Shown here piece by piece: positions 1 through 12,510 of a stretch of DNA of 64,000 nt (its first letter is position 1; each line of letters opens with the position of its first letter). Where the stretch lies: contig CM052844.1 in the NCBI GenBank assembly GCA_028534125.1, positions 12,090,001-12,154,000 of the forward strand, written 5' to 3'. The position numbers and the translations under genes were made by a program. The notes beneath the pieces are model-generated. The model saw only the letters and a list, made by a program, of their open reading frames with translations, had not been told where the DNA came from and ran no database searches. The stretch comes from Lama glama (taxonomy: Eukaryota).

Positions 1-109
1 TCTTTGTTGACAATTTTTAAGAAAACTTGTTAAATGGAATTATTGATTCTTGTCAGCTTCTGCCATTGGTGAATCATTTTCAGAATACTATATATGTCAT
101 TCTTTTTCT

Positions 110-340
110 GTTTATTCATTTATTAAAAAATGATGTAGTGAGTACATACTACTCTGAAGCTACCTGTATTGCTGTTCTGCTAAAAAGGCAGGTGTGAAAA
201 GACAGGTATGGTTTCTGCCCTTGTTAGCTTACCATGTGTTTGCTGAACATACAGCAAATATAATCATATAATTTGTAGAATATTTAATTATAATTTGTGC
301 TACAAAGAGAAATACAAGGTGCCATGAGAGAGATGAGCAG
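110..340 (-). mobile_element. L2 LINE 3' end remnant
   Basis: ttcatt-rich tail followed by degraded L2 3'-end sequence (gagtacatactactctg...gacaggtatggtttctgcccttg). Confidence 0.45.
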
Positions 341-1080
341 AGACATTTAATTTACATAATTTCAAAAAAAGTAGTTTGGTAATTGCAGTGCCTGGTCCTT
401 GGTTTTTGTGGAATGATTATGTGTTGAATGACCATTTGGCGAATGGATGATGGAAGGAAATAGGGTCCTTTATTCTTCCCATGATGCCAAGCTGCAGAAG
501 CAAGTTTTCTGGAACTTTCTCTATGTATTGTTTTCCTTAAAAGATAGATTTTTTTTCTTAATCTATAAACCTCGTTGATCCAGAACATGCATAGAAGGAT
601 AAGGTATTTAATCCAGTTTTGAGAGATAGAATGTCAAGGTTAATGCCAAGATGAATCGTTAGCTTCCAGGCCAGGTTTGTAAGCAGCATTTTGATTCCTA
701 ATAAGCTTCACCCTATCGTATAAAAATTATCTTACAAATGAGGAAAGTGGAGATACAAAGAAGTAAGTACTCTGTCCTCACAGTTTCATTCAACAGTCCA
801 GCTCTATCTCCTTCCTCCCTGACATCCAGCCTCAGTCAGTCCACTGCTGACCCCTGGGTTGGACACCACAATCAGTTCATGAATCATTTTTGAACACCTT
901 TTTCTGCCATGTCTCCAGGTACCAAGACCAGCAGGTGGCCTTTCAAGGAGTTTATAGTTAGTAAGAGAGACTATCATATAAATAGTTAAAATAGAATATG
1001 AAAAGTATTTCATAGGACAAGATGCTATAGAAAAACAGAACACGTTCCAGTAGGCGGACAGTAGTAATAAGTTTGTATGT

Positions 1081-1275
1081 CTGTGCCATCAATACAGTAG
1101 CCACTAGCTACATGGGGCAATTTAAAGTAAACAAAACGAAATAAAACTAGAAATTCAGCTCCTCAGTTGCATTTGTCAAATTTAAGTCCTCAACAGCCAC
1201 TTGGGGCTATTGGCTCCCACCCTGGACAGGACTGATGCATTTCCATCGTCACGGAAGGTTCTACTGGACGGTGCA
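1081..1275 (-). mobile_element. MER3-like hAT-Charlie non-autonomous DNA transposon
   Basis: ctgtgccatcaatacagtagccactagctacatg...aattcagctcctcagttgc...atttccatcgtcacggaaggttctactggacggtgc follows the MER3 consensus along its full length. Confidence 0.8.
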
Positions 1276-1384
1276 AGTTTAGGGCTACTGTGATGATGAT
1301 GTGGTAAGTTCAAGGGGGCCAAGGTGACCTCCTGAGACAATAGAACAGTATCTGATTCTGAAGAGGAATTATCTTCGACCATCT

Positions 1385-3120
1385 GTGCATCAGTCAGTAG
1401 ATAAAAGTTACACGGGTTATTTCATTCTTTCATTAATTTTTCTTCCAGTTTATATCGAGATATGATTGACATACAGCACTGTTATTAGCTTAAGGTGTAC
1501 AGCTCAATGATTGATGCGACTTACATACCTCATGAAATGACTATCACAGTAGGTTCAGTGAACATCCATCATCTCATAGAGATACAAATTAAAGAAATGG
1601 AAAACAGTTTTTTCTTGTGATGAGAACTCTCAGGATTTACTCTGCTAATAACTTTTATATGTAACATACAGCAATGTTAATTATAGTTATCAAGTTATAC
1701 ATTATATCCCTAAAACTTATTATCTTATAAATGGAAGTTTGTACCTTTTGACTGCCTTCATCCAATTCCTGCCCCCACCCCACCTCTGGTAACCACAGAT
1801 CTGATCTCTTTTTGTATGAGTTTGTTTGTGACGTATGATTGACTTACAACACTATGTCACTTCCTGTTCCACAGCATAGTGATTCGGTATTTCTGCACAT
1901 TTCAAACTGGCCACCAGGGTAAGTTTGGTTATGAAATGTCACCATACAAATACATTCCACAGGTATAGTCCGTATTCCCCACACTGTCAATTTCAAACCC
2001 AGGACTCATTTATTTCGCAGCTGGAAGTTTGTACCTCTCAGTCTCCCTCACCTGTTTCTTTCCTCCCTCCAGCCCCTCCTTCTGGCAACCGCCTGTTTAT
2101 TCTCTGTATCTATAACTCTATTCTGTTCTGTTTGTTCATTTGGTTTGTTTTTATTTTTAGATTCCACGTATAAGTGAAATCATACAGTATTCGCCTTTCT
2201 CCAACTTATTTCACTTAGAGTAATTCCCTGTAGGTCCATCCATGTTGTTGCAAATGGCAAGATTTCATTCTTTTTTATGACTACATATATATATACACAT
2301 ACACCCCACATATCTTTATCCATTCATCTGTTGATGGGCCCTTAGGTTGCTTCCATATTTTGGCTATTGTAAATAATGCAGTGAACACAGGAGTGCATAA
2401 AAACTACATAGGTTATTTTTAACAGAAGGAATTAAATAGGAAGAATTGTTAACTAGATAGTGGAGAAATGAAAAGGCAAAAGCAAACTAAAGTTGCATTC
2501 CCAGGGCTTGGGAAACAAAGTGCAATGGTCAGAATTATTAAAATGTAGAAGCTTGGAGATGGGCTATAGAGAGCTGAAACTGACTTTTTTTTAAAAAAAT
2601 AAAGACTTTGGAGGAGAGGGCACCAGCTGGCTGCTTCTAGGCTCTCAGAACTTGGAAGGGAGGGCCTGTGGGGCTGGAACACAGAGCCCGGAGGAAAGGA
2701 TGTTGCTCGGCTGGTCCTGGTGTCTCTGAGCCCATAGGAGGGGCTCTGTGGGGCTGGGACCCAGACCTCTAAGTAGGGGAGGGGGTTGTTGATGGCTGGC
2801 TTGTTCCGCTGTCTCTGAGAGGGCATGATAAGGCCGGTCTGGTAGTTTTGAAAAACTGAACACTGGAATTATTAAGGTACTGGAATAAACCGCAGTTACA
2901 GGGGTGGAAAGTGTGGCTGAGGTCATGTTCACACAAACAGGAAAGAAACAGGAAGAAAACAGGAGGCAGACACAAAGGAATAAATCCCGCATCCCCTTCT
3001 CAACCGTCCAGTCTTCCGACATCCTTTTGGCAAAACTTAGCAGGGAGCCAGCTGGCAAAGGAGAATGTTTTCAGAACCCCAGTCCCAACGTCGTGAAGCA
3101 GAGTCTGAGACTGGGGAAGA
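1385..3120. mobile_element. Ancient LTR (LTR78-like), split by an L1 insertion at 1423-2404
   Basis: cagtcagtagataaaagttacac...ggttattt...aacagaaggaattaaataggaagaattgttaactag at one end; cagggagccagctggcaaaggagaatgttttcagaaccccagtccc near the other; family name from memory. Confidence 0.45.
1423..2404 (-). mobile_element. 5'-truncated L1 3' UTR (artiodactyl/L1MA9-type)
   Basis: Diagnostic tagattccacgtataagtgaaatcatacagtatt...ttatttcacttag...gtccatccatgttgttgcaaatggcaagatttcattc; flanked by TSD-like tacacgggttattt (1409-1422) and tacataggttattt (2405-2418). Confidence 0.9.
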
Positions 3121-3127
3121 GGTGCTG

Positions 3128-3860
3128 TGTAAGGAAGGCTTTCATGGGCCTCTGTCCATGGCCCTTGGGAGGAAGACTAAATTCTTGGAATTTCCCAAGT
3201 AATAGGAGTGTCTTTGTTACTCAGAAGCCCCTTAGATCACACCTGTATTTATGCTGTCAAGATGTTTCAGATGGGGACTGTTTACCAACCAAGTGATTAG
3301 AGGGTTGGCGCTTTGCGACAGCCCCACCCACTTCCGACCTCCAGAGAGAGTCACGGGATGGGGGGAGGTGTTGAAGATCAAATTCAATCACATAGCCAAT
3401 GATCTAATCATTCAGGTCTATATAATGAAACTCCAGTGAAAACTGGATACCAATGCTCCAAGGAACTTTCTAGTTGTGAATACATCAGTGTGGGAGGGGG
3501 CGATGTGTCCAGATTCCACAGGGAAGGGGCACAAACTGTCTGGGTCTGGGACCCCCCTGTAAGACTCTGGGCATCTTTTCATTTGGCTGATCCTGCTCTG
3601 TATCCTTTATAATAAAACTGTAATTGCTAAGTATAGTGCTTTCCTGACTTCTGTGAGTCATTCCAGCAAGTGATCAAACCTCAGGAGGCTTGCGCAATAC
3701 CTTGAATTTGGAGCCAGCTGGTCAGAAGGGCAGGTGGCCTGGGCACCCTCAGACTGGTGACTGGCACCTGAAGTGAGGCAGTCTTGTTGGGGACTGTGAC
3801 CTTAAGCCTGTGGAGTCTGACTCTAACTCGGGGTCGTTGGTGTCAGAATTGAATTGCCCT
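3128..3860 (+). mobile_element. MER21C-like solo LTR
   Basis: ttggaatttcccaagtaataggagtgtctttgtt...ttcaatcacatagccaatgatctaatca...tatcctttataataaaactgtaatt...tgtcagaattgaattg; AATAAA at ~3611. Confidence 0.85.
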
Positions 3861-3871
3861 GTGGTAAGAGT

Positions 3872-3930
3872 CGTCGAATATTTTCAACCTGAGGTTGGTT
3901 ACATCTGCAGATGCAGTGGACCGACCGTAT
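3872..3930 (+). mobile_element. MER2/Tigger2 terminal fragment
   Basis: atattttcaacctgaggttggttacatctgcagatgcag resembles the MER2 end. Confidence 0.45.
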
Positions 3931-4544
3931 TGCAGGGGAGTGAGGGGGGAGTGTGGATTTGAAGCTCTGAGGCAATTGTTTAACAAATTAGCCCAACTGG
4001 GCAAGACCGATGATTCCTATGAGATGGTAGTGTCCTGACCATTTACTTTTGTGTAGCAAACTACCCCAGAATGTAGGTTCATGGGGTTTTGTGAAGCAGA
4101 AACTCAGGGAAGACTCTCCTCTGCCCTGTGATGTCTGGAATCACAGCCAGAGTGACAATACCAAGTCATAAAACACAAAGCACGCTAAAATGGAAAGTGC
4201 ATCTTTTCGGATTTGTTTTTAATGGTAAAACTTCAGGTAAATTCTTCCAAGTGGAGCTTTCCTCCCTTTCAGGTCGCCCCTCATTGCCTGGTGCTCTTCG
4301 TGAGTTAGAATGGCCTTTGGGCAGTTCAGCTCTGCAGGTTGGCAGTGATGGAAGGGTTGCAGAGCCGGCCAGCCAGGCTGAGAAGCTCATAATCTTTAAG
4401 GTGGCCTCTCAGCATCTATGATGTTGATTACAGTTTTATTGCACCCGCTCCCCCAAATTATAAAAGCGCATCTCTATAAATAAGCCAAGGCCAAGATGCA
4501 GAAGCAGGGCACCTGAGAATGTACATTACAGTGATCGAGGAATT

Positions 4545-4665
4545 TGGAGACACACCACCCGAGTTTATATTCCAGCTTAACCAGTTACTAGCTTTGCGAA
4601 CTTGGATGAGATACATTACCCCCCCGTGCCTCAGCTTCTCCATCTGTGAAATGGGGGCATGATTT
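4545..4665 (+). mobile_element. MIR SINE
   Basis: MIR core tgcctcagcttctccatctgtgaaatgggg. Confidence 0.75.
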
Positions 4666-4957
4666 CAGTTGTCATCTGACTTCCGTCACTAACCAGTGTG
4701 ACTTTGTTCATCTCGGGTTTGTTACGTGGACTAGAAGTTCTGTGAGCTCCCTTGCGGTTCTGCATTTCTAGAAGTGACAGTGATGGGCAAGAAGTGAAAG
4801 GCCTAATACATTAGAAGGCATCTGTTATTTTCTCTTCCTCTGCCCAGCCATCCCTGACCACAGCTGTCCCTTGGTGCTCTGGGTCCCAGCCGGCTTTGTC
4901 CCGTTGGTGAGCGCTGTCAGCCGTGGTGGCTTCCTGGCACAGCAGCACGAGCTCACG

Positions 4958-5055
4958 TCTTAGAGTCAGACTGGACGTGAATTCTAGCTCTACCACCTGT
5001 CTGGCTAACGAAGTGATTTAACCTTTTAAACCCTCTATTTCCTCATATAAAGTGA
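4958..5055 (+). mobile_element. MIR SINE fragment
   Basis: ttagagtcagactgg...aattctagctctaccac...tttcctcatataaagtg. Confidence 0.6.
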
Positions 5056-5058
5056 ACT

Positions 5059-5445
5059 TGTGTTAATTGGGTTGCTGGGCTGCAAATAATGAACCCCTGG
5101 ATGGAAAATGGCTTAAAGAGTATCCATTTATTTATCAGAGACTGGCCATTTATTGTCTGTTATTTAAGATTATGACACCACGCTTGCCAAGCAGCCTGGG
5201 CTTAGGTGGCTGTAGCACTGGGTCAGTGAAACCAGGTTGGCTTTTCCCTTATGGTCCCAAAACGGTGGCTGTAGAATCATGTCAGCAGACAGGAACCATG
5301 GAAGGGAGCTTCTCATTGTCTGCTTCTTTGGTAGGGCAGGAAAATTTCTCCAAAAGATACAAGCAAAAATGTCCTCAGTCTGCATAGGCCAGGGCTGGGT
5401 TTCACGTTCATGCCTCAGCTGCAGGGAACGCTGGGAAAGCTGACA
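5059..5445 (-). mobile_element. MLT1 (J/K-like) MaLR LTR
   Basis: ggctgcaaataatgaa...aatggcttaaa...atggtcccaaaacggtggctgtag...agctgcagggaacgctgggaaag. Confidence 0.55.
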
Positions 5446-5609
5446 TAGGTCACGTGGGGCCTCTGTCAAGTGGAGGTGAGCCCCGCCCACAGGGGAGGGA
5501 GGGGCGGAGCCAGCAACCAGCGCCGTTTGTGACAAATGTCTAGCTCAGGGCATTCTGCGAATCAAATGGATTGATTGATTTAATGTGTTCAAGTTAATAT
5601 TTAGGCTTA

Positions 5610-5835
5610 TCAAATGCTTAATGTAGTAGTTATTACATGTCAGGCCCTGTTTAATATCAACCTATTTACTCCTCATAACTCCATAAGAGAAATACTATTA
5701 TGATCCCTGTTTTACCGATGGGGAAACTGAGGCACAGATAGATTGAGATAACTGGCTAAGGGCTCAGAGCTTGGAAGTGGCGGAGGCAGGATTCGAACCC
5801 GGCTCCTGAGCCCATGCTCTCAACCCCTGCACCAG
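5610..5835 (-). mobile_element. MIR SINE (near full length)
   Basis: ctattatgatccctgttttaccgatggggaaactgaggcacaga...gtggcggaggcaggattcgaaccc...cccatgctctcaacc. Confidence 0.9.
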
Positions 5836-8800
5836 CCCGTCTCCCAAAATGTGTGTTAAAGCATCGCGGACAGCAGGCTGCCTGCGAATGCTTTCCTCTC
5901 CTTCCTCTGCTTCTGCCGGGAGTGTGTGGATGCGGGATGGAAGGGGCAACACTAAAAGCAGAATCTTCCACTGCACGCGCCCTCCCTTCTCTCTCCATTG
6001 CATTTCCTGTGTTTACTTTCCCTTTTCTGGTAGCTTCACATCAGTGTCAAAAGAATCTGTGAAATCGATTCCAAAATTCTCTACTTATTTCTTTAAGATA
6101 TATGAAAAGGGTGATTGTTTTTTTCCTCCTGATTTTTGAAAGCCCGAACCGACGGAGAATAAAAGTTTTCTGTGTCTAAGGCTGAATAGAAATGGGTTGA
6201 TGGATTGGCCGTGAGGCCTTATGGGTGGTTGCCACTGGGCGTCCTCCTTTCCTGCGAAGAGCAGCTCAGAGTGTAGTGAGAGCTTATAGGGCGCTGCCTG
6301 GTGGCGAGCTCCCTTTAAAATAGAGCATTTTGAATACTTTGTTCACTAACAGGATTGGGATGGAACTGGAGAAGGATTGACCGCATCATGGCTTCGGCTG
6401 CCACATCCACACCATGGCAGGGAGGCAGCCGTGGGGTTGTTTTGGAGAACCCCTTTCTAAGGACGTGGAGGAAGGGAGCCACGCATTTGTAGCACAAACC
6501 AGTGACTCAAGAAGGAACAGGAAAGGACCAGCACAAGTTTCCTAGCCTGGGACACAGAAAACATGAAAACAAGGTCACATGTCCCACTGTGAAGAAAGGA
6601 GCCTCTGAAAAGGGAGGAAAAAACAGCCAAATATAACTCCACATAGAGATGATCAGAAAAACATCCTCGCTCGTTTGACAACCAACCAAGAATAACATAT
6701 GAGTTCATCGAGCTCCAAGAGGGGAGAAAAGATAGAAGCATTAGGCAGCTAATTTAAAAATCAAAAAGTGCATTGCTCGTCTTCACACAGAGGAATGTTG
6801 GGGAGCAGATCCTCGTGGAGCAGAGCTAGCCCCTAAAGGGGGCTTTCCTGTGGGGACGAAGCAGCTGCATCGTTGGTGACTCCTCGGATATTAGCAAAAC
6901 ACTTGCTAAATATAGATGAACGTCAACAAGTCATAAATAAGGGAACAGGAGTGGGAAACTCCACACAAAAGGTGAGTGGGCAAGAACAAAGACGTCCTTT
7001 TCTGCCAAGGCAGTTATCATGTGCAGCATCGAAGCATGACTCACTGAATCATTTAGAAGTTCAAGTGCCAAATAAGAATAAAAGTCCTATGCGGGAAACT
7101 GTCACAGAGCAGGGCACTGGAGGCCAACTGCTACCGAGTGTCTGTTTCTAGCACTCTATTCCATGGAGTGGAAAGAAAGCGTGACATTGGCAGGAACTCT
7201 GAGGATGCGACAATGGCCAGGGGGCCAAGAGCTACTCAGGCTGCCAGTCTGCTGTGGTACCTGTATCAGTTCTTTCCCTATGTAAGTTTTCTGTACTGTA
7301 AAGGAGGCCATCAGAATCTCTATCTTCATTTCCCTCCAGGACGTGGGATCACCTAGCCCCTGAGCGAGAGCAAGTTGGACCGCATCAATCTGAAGTGTGG
7401 TAGGTCAGATGAACGCCGTTTTCTCAAAGAAGCCAAACACGTGCTGATCAATTTCTGCTCTTCGTTTTTGCCCAGATTAAATCCATTAAACTCTGAACTG
7501 TCTGTACTTATTAAGTGCCATGTGTACATGGTGTTGGGCTTGGCTCTGCCCACAGCACATCAAACCAAACAAGGACACCCCGCCCCTCCTTCTAGGAAGT
7601 CCTGGTTTAAGGAGGCTTTGGCATGAACAGATGGAGAGCTGTTGCAGCTACTCCCACAAGTTTAGGTAATTCTTGCTGAACACAGACAGCATCTCATCTC
7701 GATCTCCCAAAGAAAACTGCCGCCCAGCCCCACAAAGACACCATATAGTTCCTCAACTGCAACCTGTCAAGTAGCTCTTGGACACTCAAAGGATATGTAG
7801 AAACAGGTAGCTCTTTTAAGAAACCCTATATAAAAAGTGTATCCTTGTGTCATTTGCTCTGTCCTCAATTCAGTGCTACACATCAGCCACCAAGTTACTG
7901 ACATAAAACAGTTGAGCCAGGGTGGGGTTAGCTGGTGAAGGGGGTTCCCACCAACCCCCTGCCCTGTAGATTGATTTAGTTCCATTTATTGATTGATTTA
8001 CTTTGCTTTCTGGGGATTTTACACATCCTGGTAATTTGTGAACCATTGTTTATTTATTCAAGTGGATTCCTTTACATATATCACAGCACTTAGACAGGAC
8101 CACCTGGGCACCATGATATGTTCTTTTTGAAGCAGAGATTTTGATAAAGAGACACTTCTATCCTCTCATGCTGCGGATGGCAAAACATCCCCTTACTTAC
8201 TGTTTTTGCAGTGAAGCCTAGTCAAGTGTGCCTTATTCTGCCCTGGTGCCCGTCACCAAGCACCCAGTAGCGGGTCTGGTGCTGATGTTTGTGAAAATGA
8301 ACAGCAGGTGCTGAATGAATATGGCGAGAGGGGCTGATGAACTTGGCGCCTCTTCTGTTCACACTGGGTGATTGTCCACCCGATACTTACAGCGATGCAG
8401 AGAGAGCCCAGCTGGTGGTAAGAGAGATACCAAGTGGTGGCTGTTAATTCTCTAAATCTTTAAATGAAGAATGGGGTAAGAGGCATTTTCTTCCCCTTCC
8501 TTCAGCAAGGAACCACCCTGGTCCTAGAACTTGGGAGTGGCTGGTGTGGACGTGTCCTACTTCCCATTGCTGACAGTAGACGTGCTCACTGGTGGTGGAG
8601 CTGAGCTGTGTTTGTAGGTGCTGTTCCTGGGGTTTGCACAGCAGTGTCACTACCTTGGCTGAACATTTTGAGCTATGCTTGGAGCTTCCTGAAGTCACAG
8701 TTTTGCAGAGGGTCCTTAATAGTTGAAGTTTAATGCATTTCTCCATGCATGTGTTTTGAAAGGAACACACAAAACGTTGAAGCTAACATTTACCAACATT

Positions 8801-9035
8801 TTGGTTCAAATGAAACCATCTTTTCCTTCCTCCCTTACCTTCTGCTCTGCACCTACAGAATGGCTTTCAGGTACGGGTTTTTCCAGGCATTCATTTCCAG
8901 CCCGTAGGGAAAGTGGCAGCATCAGATCTCTTTGTGTTCTGGGACTTTTACATTTTTCCCCACTTCAGTTGATGGGAACCCCTGTGATGTTATATGCTGG
9001 AGAATCTAAGAAACCATAAATCTAAAGACACTCCA

Positions 9036-9160
9036 GAGGGGAGGGTATAGCTCAGTGGTAGAGCACATATCTAGCATACATGAGGTCCTGGGTTCAATCC
9101 CCAGTACCTCCCACTAAAATAAATAAACCTAATTACCTCCCCTCCAAACAAAAAAGAAAA
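9036..9160 (+). mobile_element. Camelid tRNA-Ala-derived SINE (Vic-1 type), long form
   Basis: gagggtatagctcagtggtagag (A box)...gggttcaatccccagtacctcc (B box), taaacctaattacctcccc extension, A-rich tail; TSD taaagacactcca (9023-9035) / taaagataatcca (9161-9173). Confidence 0.9.
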
Positions 9161-9879
9161 TAAAGATAATCCATTTGTTGATGTTCTCAGAAAAAAAAAA
9201 AGTGCTGTCAAGCTATGCCATGTCATAGATTGCAAATGCATCCTGACTTCAGAGATGTTACAACAGCAACACAAAGTGCATTGAAGGTTCAAGGAAATAC
9301 ACATTCATCCTTTTCTTGGGACCATCTAAGGAAATGTGGGGTCTTATAAGCAGAGAGCAAACAAATACATACAACAGGAAGGTCCTTCCTCTGCAAAAAC
9401 TTTCTTTCATCTCTGTTTCCGCAAAGTGCTCCATGGGAACTTCAGGACAAGAGTCTTTGTGGAGACTTTTTGCAAATGTCACTCACCAGAGTAGTTATTA
9501 AAATGGGGCTGGTGAATAAAGTCAAGAAACCATCAGATGCCTCTGTGTTTTTCCAGCCCACGACATGGCAGAAAGCCAAGTAAAATAGATGACAGTAGCA
9601 ATTACAGCAACGCACCATCAGCCATAGTGGCAGGCTGGTGTGTGCACCGGGGTCTACCTGCTCTCTGAACGCGCCATTCGCCTCCCAGCGGCGCAGTGAG
9701 GAGGAAGCCCGTGTGGCTTTTGGAGATCCGCTTTGGAAATAACTAACTTTGCAAGGCAAACTGGGGTGGAGGGGCGGGAAAGGTGGCTGTGCATTTGTAT
9801 CGTTGTTTTGGCCCTCACACGTCAAAGTTGCACTGGGTGATGCTACGCTATATTCCAGGGGAGATAGAAAGTCGGGACC

Positions 9880-10850
9880 TGCTCCCACCAGCAGTGTAGC
9901 TTTATCCCATGTCTTACTATCCCTATTCCTTGATATTCTCAGCCTTAAACATTTTTGCCCACCAGGTAGGAGTGAATGGTTTCTCATTGTGGTCTTAATA
10001 TGCATTTTTCTGGTTATTAATGAACATTTCCCCCTATATAGTGGGCATTCATCTTGCCGCATCTACTAAGGGCCTCTTTATCTCCATTGACTCTGGATTG
10101 TTCGTGCCCTATTGGGGTGTTTGTCTTTTTCTTGTTGACATAGGAGTTCTTTATTTCCTGGATATTAATCCTTTGTTAACTGTAGGTATCAAAGATCTCT
10201 CCTCCCCATTTGTATCTTGTCTTTTTTTTTTTTTTGAATTTTTTAAAAAGATTTTTGGTTTCTTTTGTTTTGGGGGGGTAATTAAGCATTATTTACTAAT
10301 TTGTTTTTAGAGGAGGTGCTGGGAATTGAACCCAGGACCTTGTGCATGCTAAGCATGTGCTCTACCACTTGAGCTGTACCCTCCCCCCTGTATCTTGTCT
10401 TTTTAGTCTCTTGTTGGTGTCTTCCGAAGAATGGAAGTTACTGTGGTTGAACCGATCACTATTTTTTCTTTACAGTTTGTTCTTTTTGTGACTTGTTTAA
10501 TAATCCTTCCCTATCCTGAGGTCATGAAAATGTTTTTCTATTTTTTCCCCCTCAGAAGTGTGATTTTTTTCCCTCCTGATGTCGTTGATCCACCTGGAAT
10601 TGATTTTAGTAAATGCTGTGAGGAGTTGATCTATTTTTTCTCTTTTCTTTTTTTTTTTTTTATTCTGTATTGCTTACCCACTGTCCCAGCATCATTACTG
10701 AAAAATCCCTCCTTTTCCACTCACATGCCATGTCACCTCCTCCAGTGTGGGTCTTCTTGCGTCTCTCTGTTCTGTTCCGTAGACTATTTGTCTGTCTCTG
10801 CCCCAGTAACACTGTCTGATTTTCAATGACTATAATTATTCTCATCTGGT
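9880..10850 (-). mobile_element. Old L1 (L1M/L1ME-type) ORF2 3' region, interrupted by a SINE
   Basis: ctcccaccagcagtgt...tggtttctcattgtggtcttaatatgcattt...ggagttctttatttcctggatattaatcctttgt; the minus-strand ORF 9442-10062 carries the L1-like fragment MHIKTTMRNH. Confidence 0.8.
10227..10388 (-). mobile_element. Camelid tRNA-Ala-derived SINE, long form
   Basis: ggaggtgctgggaattgaacccaggaccttgtgcatgctaagcatgtgctctaccacttgagctgtaccctcccc; perfect TSD tgtatcttgtcttttt (10211-10226 / 10389-10404). Confidence 0.92.
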
Positions 10851-11408
10851 ATGGCACATTATAGTCTTCAAGTCCAATGGGAATCTGAATTGGTCAGGAC
10901 TAGGCTGATGGGTACATAGAAGACTTCCTTTAAATTCAACAATCCCCAGATTGTCAGTTCTAAAATGTGCCAGCATTAAGTATTCCGAGGAAATGAAAAG
11001 AGAAAAAAAAGAGTATTTTCCTTCAATAGCCCTAATTGAGCCCAATATACATTCTTTTGCAAAGACACAACAGAAAGCTAGGATATACTTTGCAGAAGAC
11101 TAGTGGTGATTACCTATTTTTATCTTTACAGAGGTGTGAAGATACATTTGGGTTCTCTTCTTAGAGGAACCAGATATCGAGCGGCTGAAATATAAAGTGT
11201 TGATAGCATACACACTTGTACTTTTATGAATTTCTACTCACAAGAATATTCATTCACTTTCCCCTTCCAGTCACTCAAGTTTTAAAAGACCCACCTGGGT
11301 GAGAAAGTCCTGCATTTACAACGAGCTCCAGCTCACCCAACTTGATCCCGTTTTATTTTAATGAAAAAAAAAAATGAATGGAATAGATAATAAAGTTCTC
11401 TCAGAGAT

Positions 11409-11870
11409 NNNNNNNNNNNNNNNNNNNNNNNNNNNNNNNNNNNNNNNNNNNNNNNNNNNNNNNNNNNNNNNNNNNNNNNNNNNNNNNNNNNNNNNNNNNN
11501 NNNNNNNNNNNNNNNNNNNNNNNNNNNNNNNNNNNNNNNNNNNNNNNNNNNNNNNNNNNNNNNNNNNNNNNNNNNNNNNNNNNNNNNNNNNNNNNNNNNN
11601 NNNNNNNNNNNNNNNNNNNNNNNNNNNNNNNNNNNNNNNNNNNNNNNNNNNNNNNNNNNNNNNNNNNNNNNNNNNNNNNNNNNNNNNNNNNNNNNNNNNN
11701 NNNNNNNNNNNNNNNNNNNNNNNNNNNNNNNNNNNNNNNNNNNNNNNNNNNNNNNNNNNNNNNNNNNNNNNNNNNNNNNNNNNNNNNNNNNNNNNNNNNN
11801 NNNNNNNNNNNNNNNNNNNNNNNNNNNNNNNNNNNNNNNNNNNNNNNNNNNNNNNNNNNNNNNNNNNNNN
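11409..11870. other. Assembly gap (462 N)
   Basis: Run of n. Confidence 1.
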
Positions 11871-12394
11871 CGAGAGAGAGCTTAAAGTGTGAAATGAACA
11901 AATGTTACATGTGATAAAATTTCTGTCAGTGCCACCCCGATCGTCTACTCTGACAAATACAATGCTTGATTGGAAAGTCAGGTGTTTTTGTCCAAGGGAT
12001 TGTTCCCTGGGGATGTTTTTAGGAGGACCTAACACCGTGGGTTCATCTTCAAGTCAATGTTCTCACTTGAGGATATCTTAAAAAGGGACCTAATGATTCC
12101 CTGTGTAACAAGGTTGAGATCCCAACTTAGGTTTTTGCTTCCAGGGCTTTTAAAATGCGAGTTTAAAATAAGATTTCATTTGAACACAGCTCTACATTTT
12201 GTGATGTGTTTGTGGCTCAGACCTTAGAAACTAGACCAGAATACCATATTTTATTAGAGACCATTTTTTTTTATCTACAGTATCCCAGATGAAAGGTGCA
12301 AAGTTAGATCTACCTGTATATAATGATGATGATGATCATATTAATAAAAAACCCCTAATAATAAATACTGATCTTAGTTTTTTTTTTTTTTAAA

Positions 12395-12510
12395 TATACA
12401 CATTTATTTGGTACCTGCTTTGTGCTGGGTACTGTCCTAGGTGCTGGGGATAAAAATGAGTAAGAAAGACACCATATACTCTTAAGATGCTCAGTCTTTC
12501 TAGTGAGTCT
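12395..12510 (-). mobile_element. L2 3' end
   Basis: catttatttggtacctgctttgtgctgggtactgtcctaggtgctggggata. Confidence 0.7.

Noticed and set aside
7577-7875. TATA box (TATAAAAAG at 7829) with upstream GC boxes
   Set aside because: No convincing initiator at the expected distance and no downstream exon or ORF support; expected by chance.
9442-10062. 206-aa minus-strand ORF
   Set aside because: Starts in a decayed L1 ORF2 and continues as a chance open frame with no recognisable domain.
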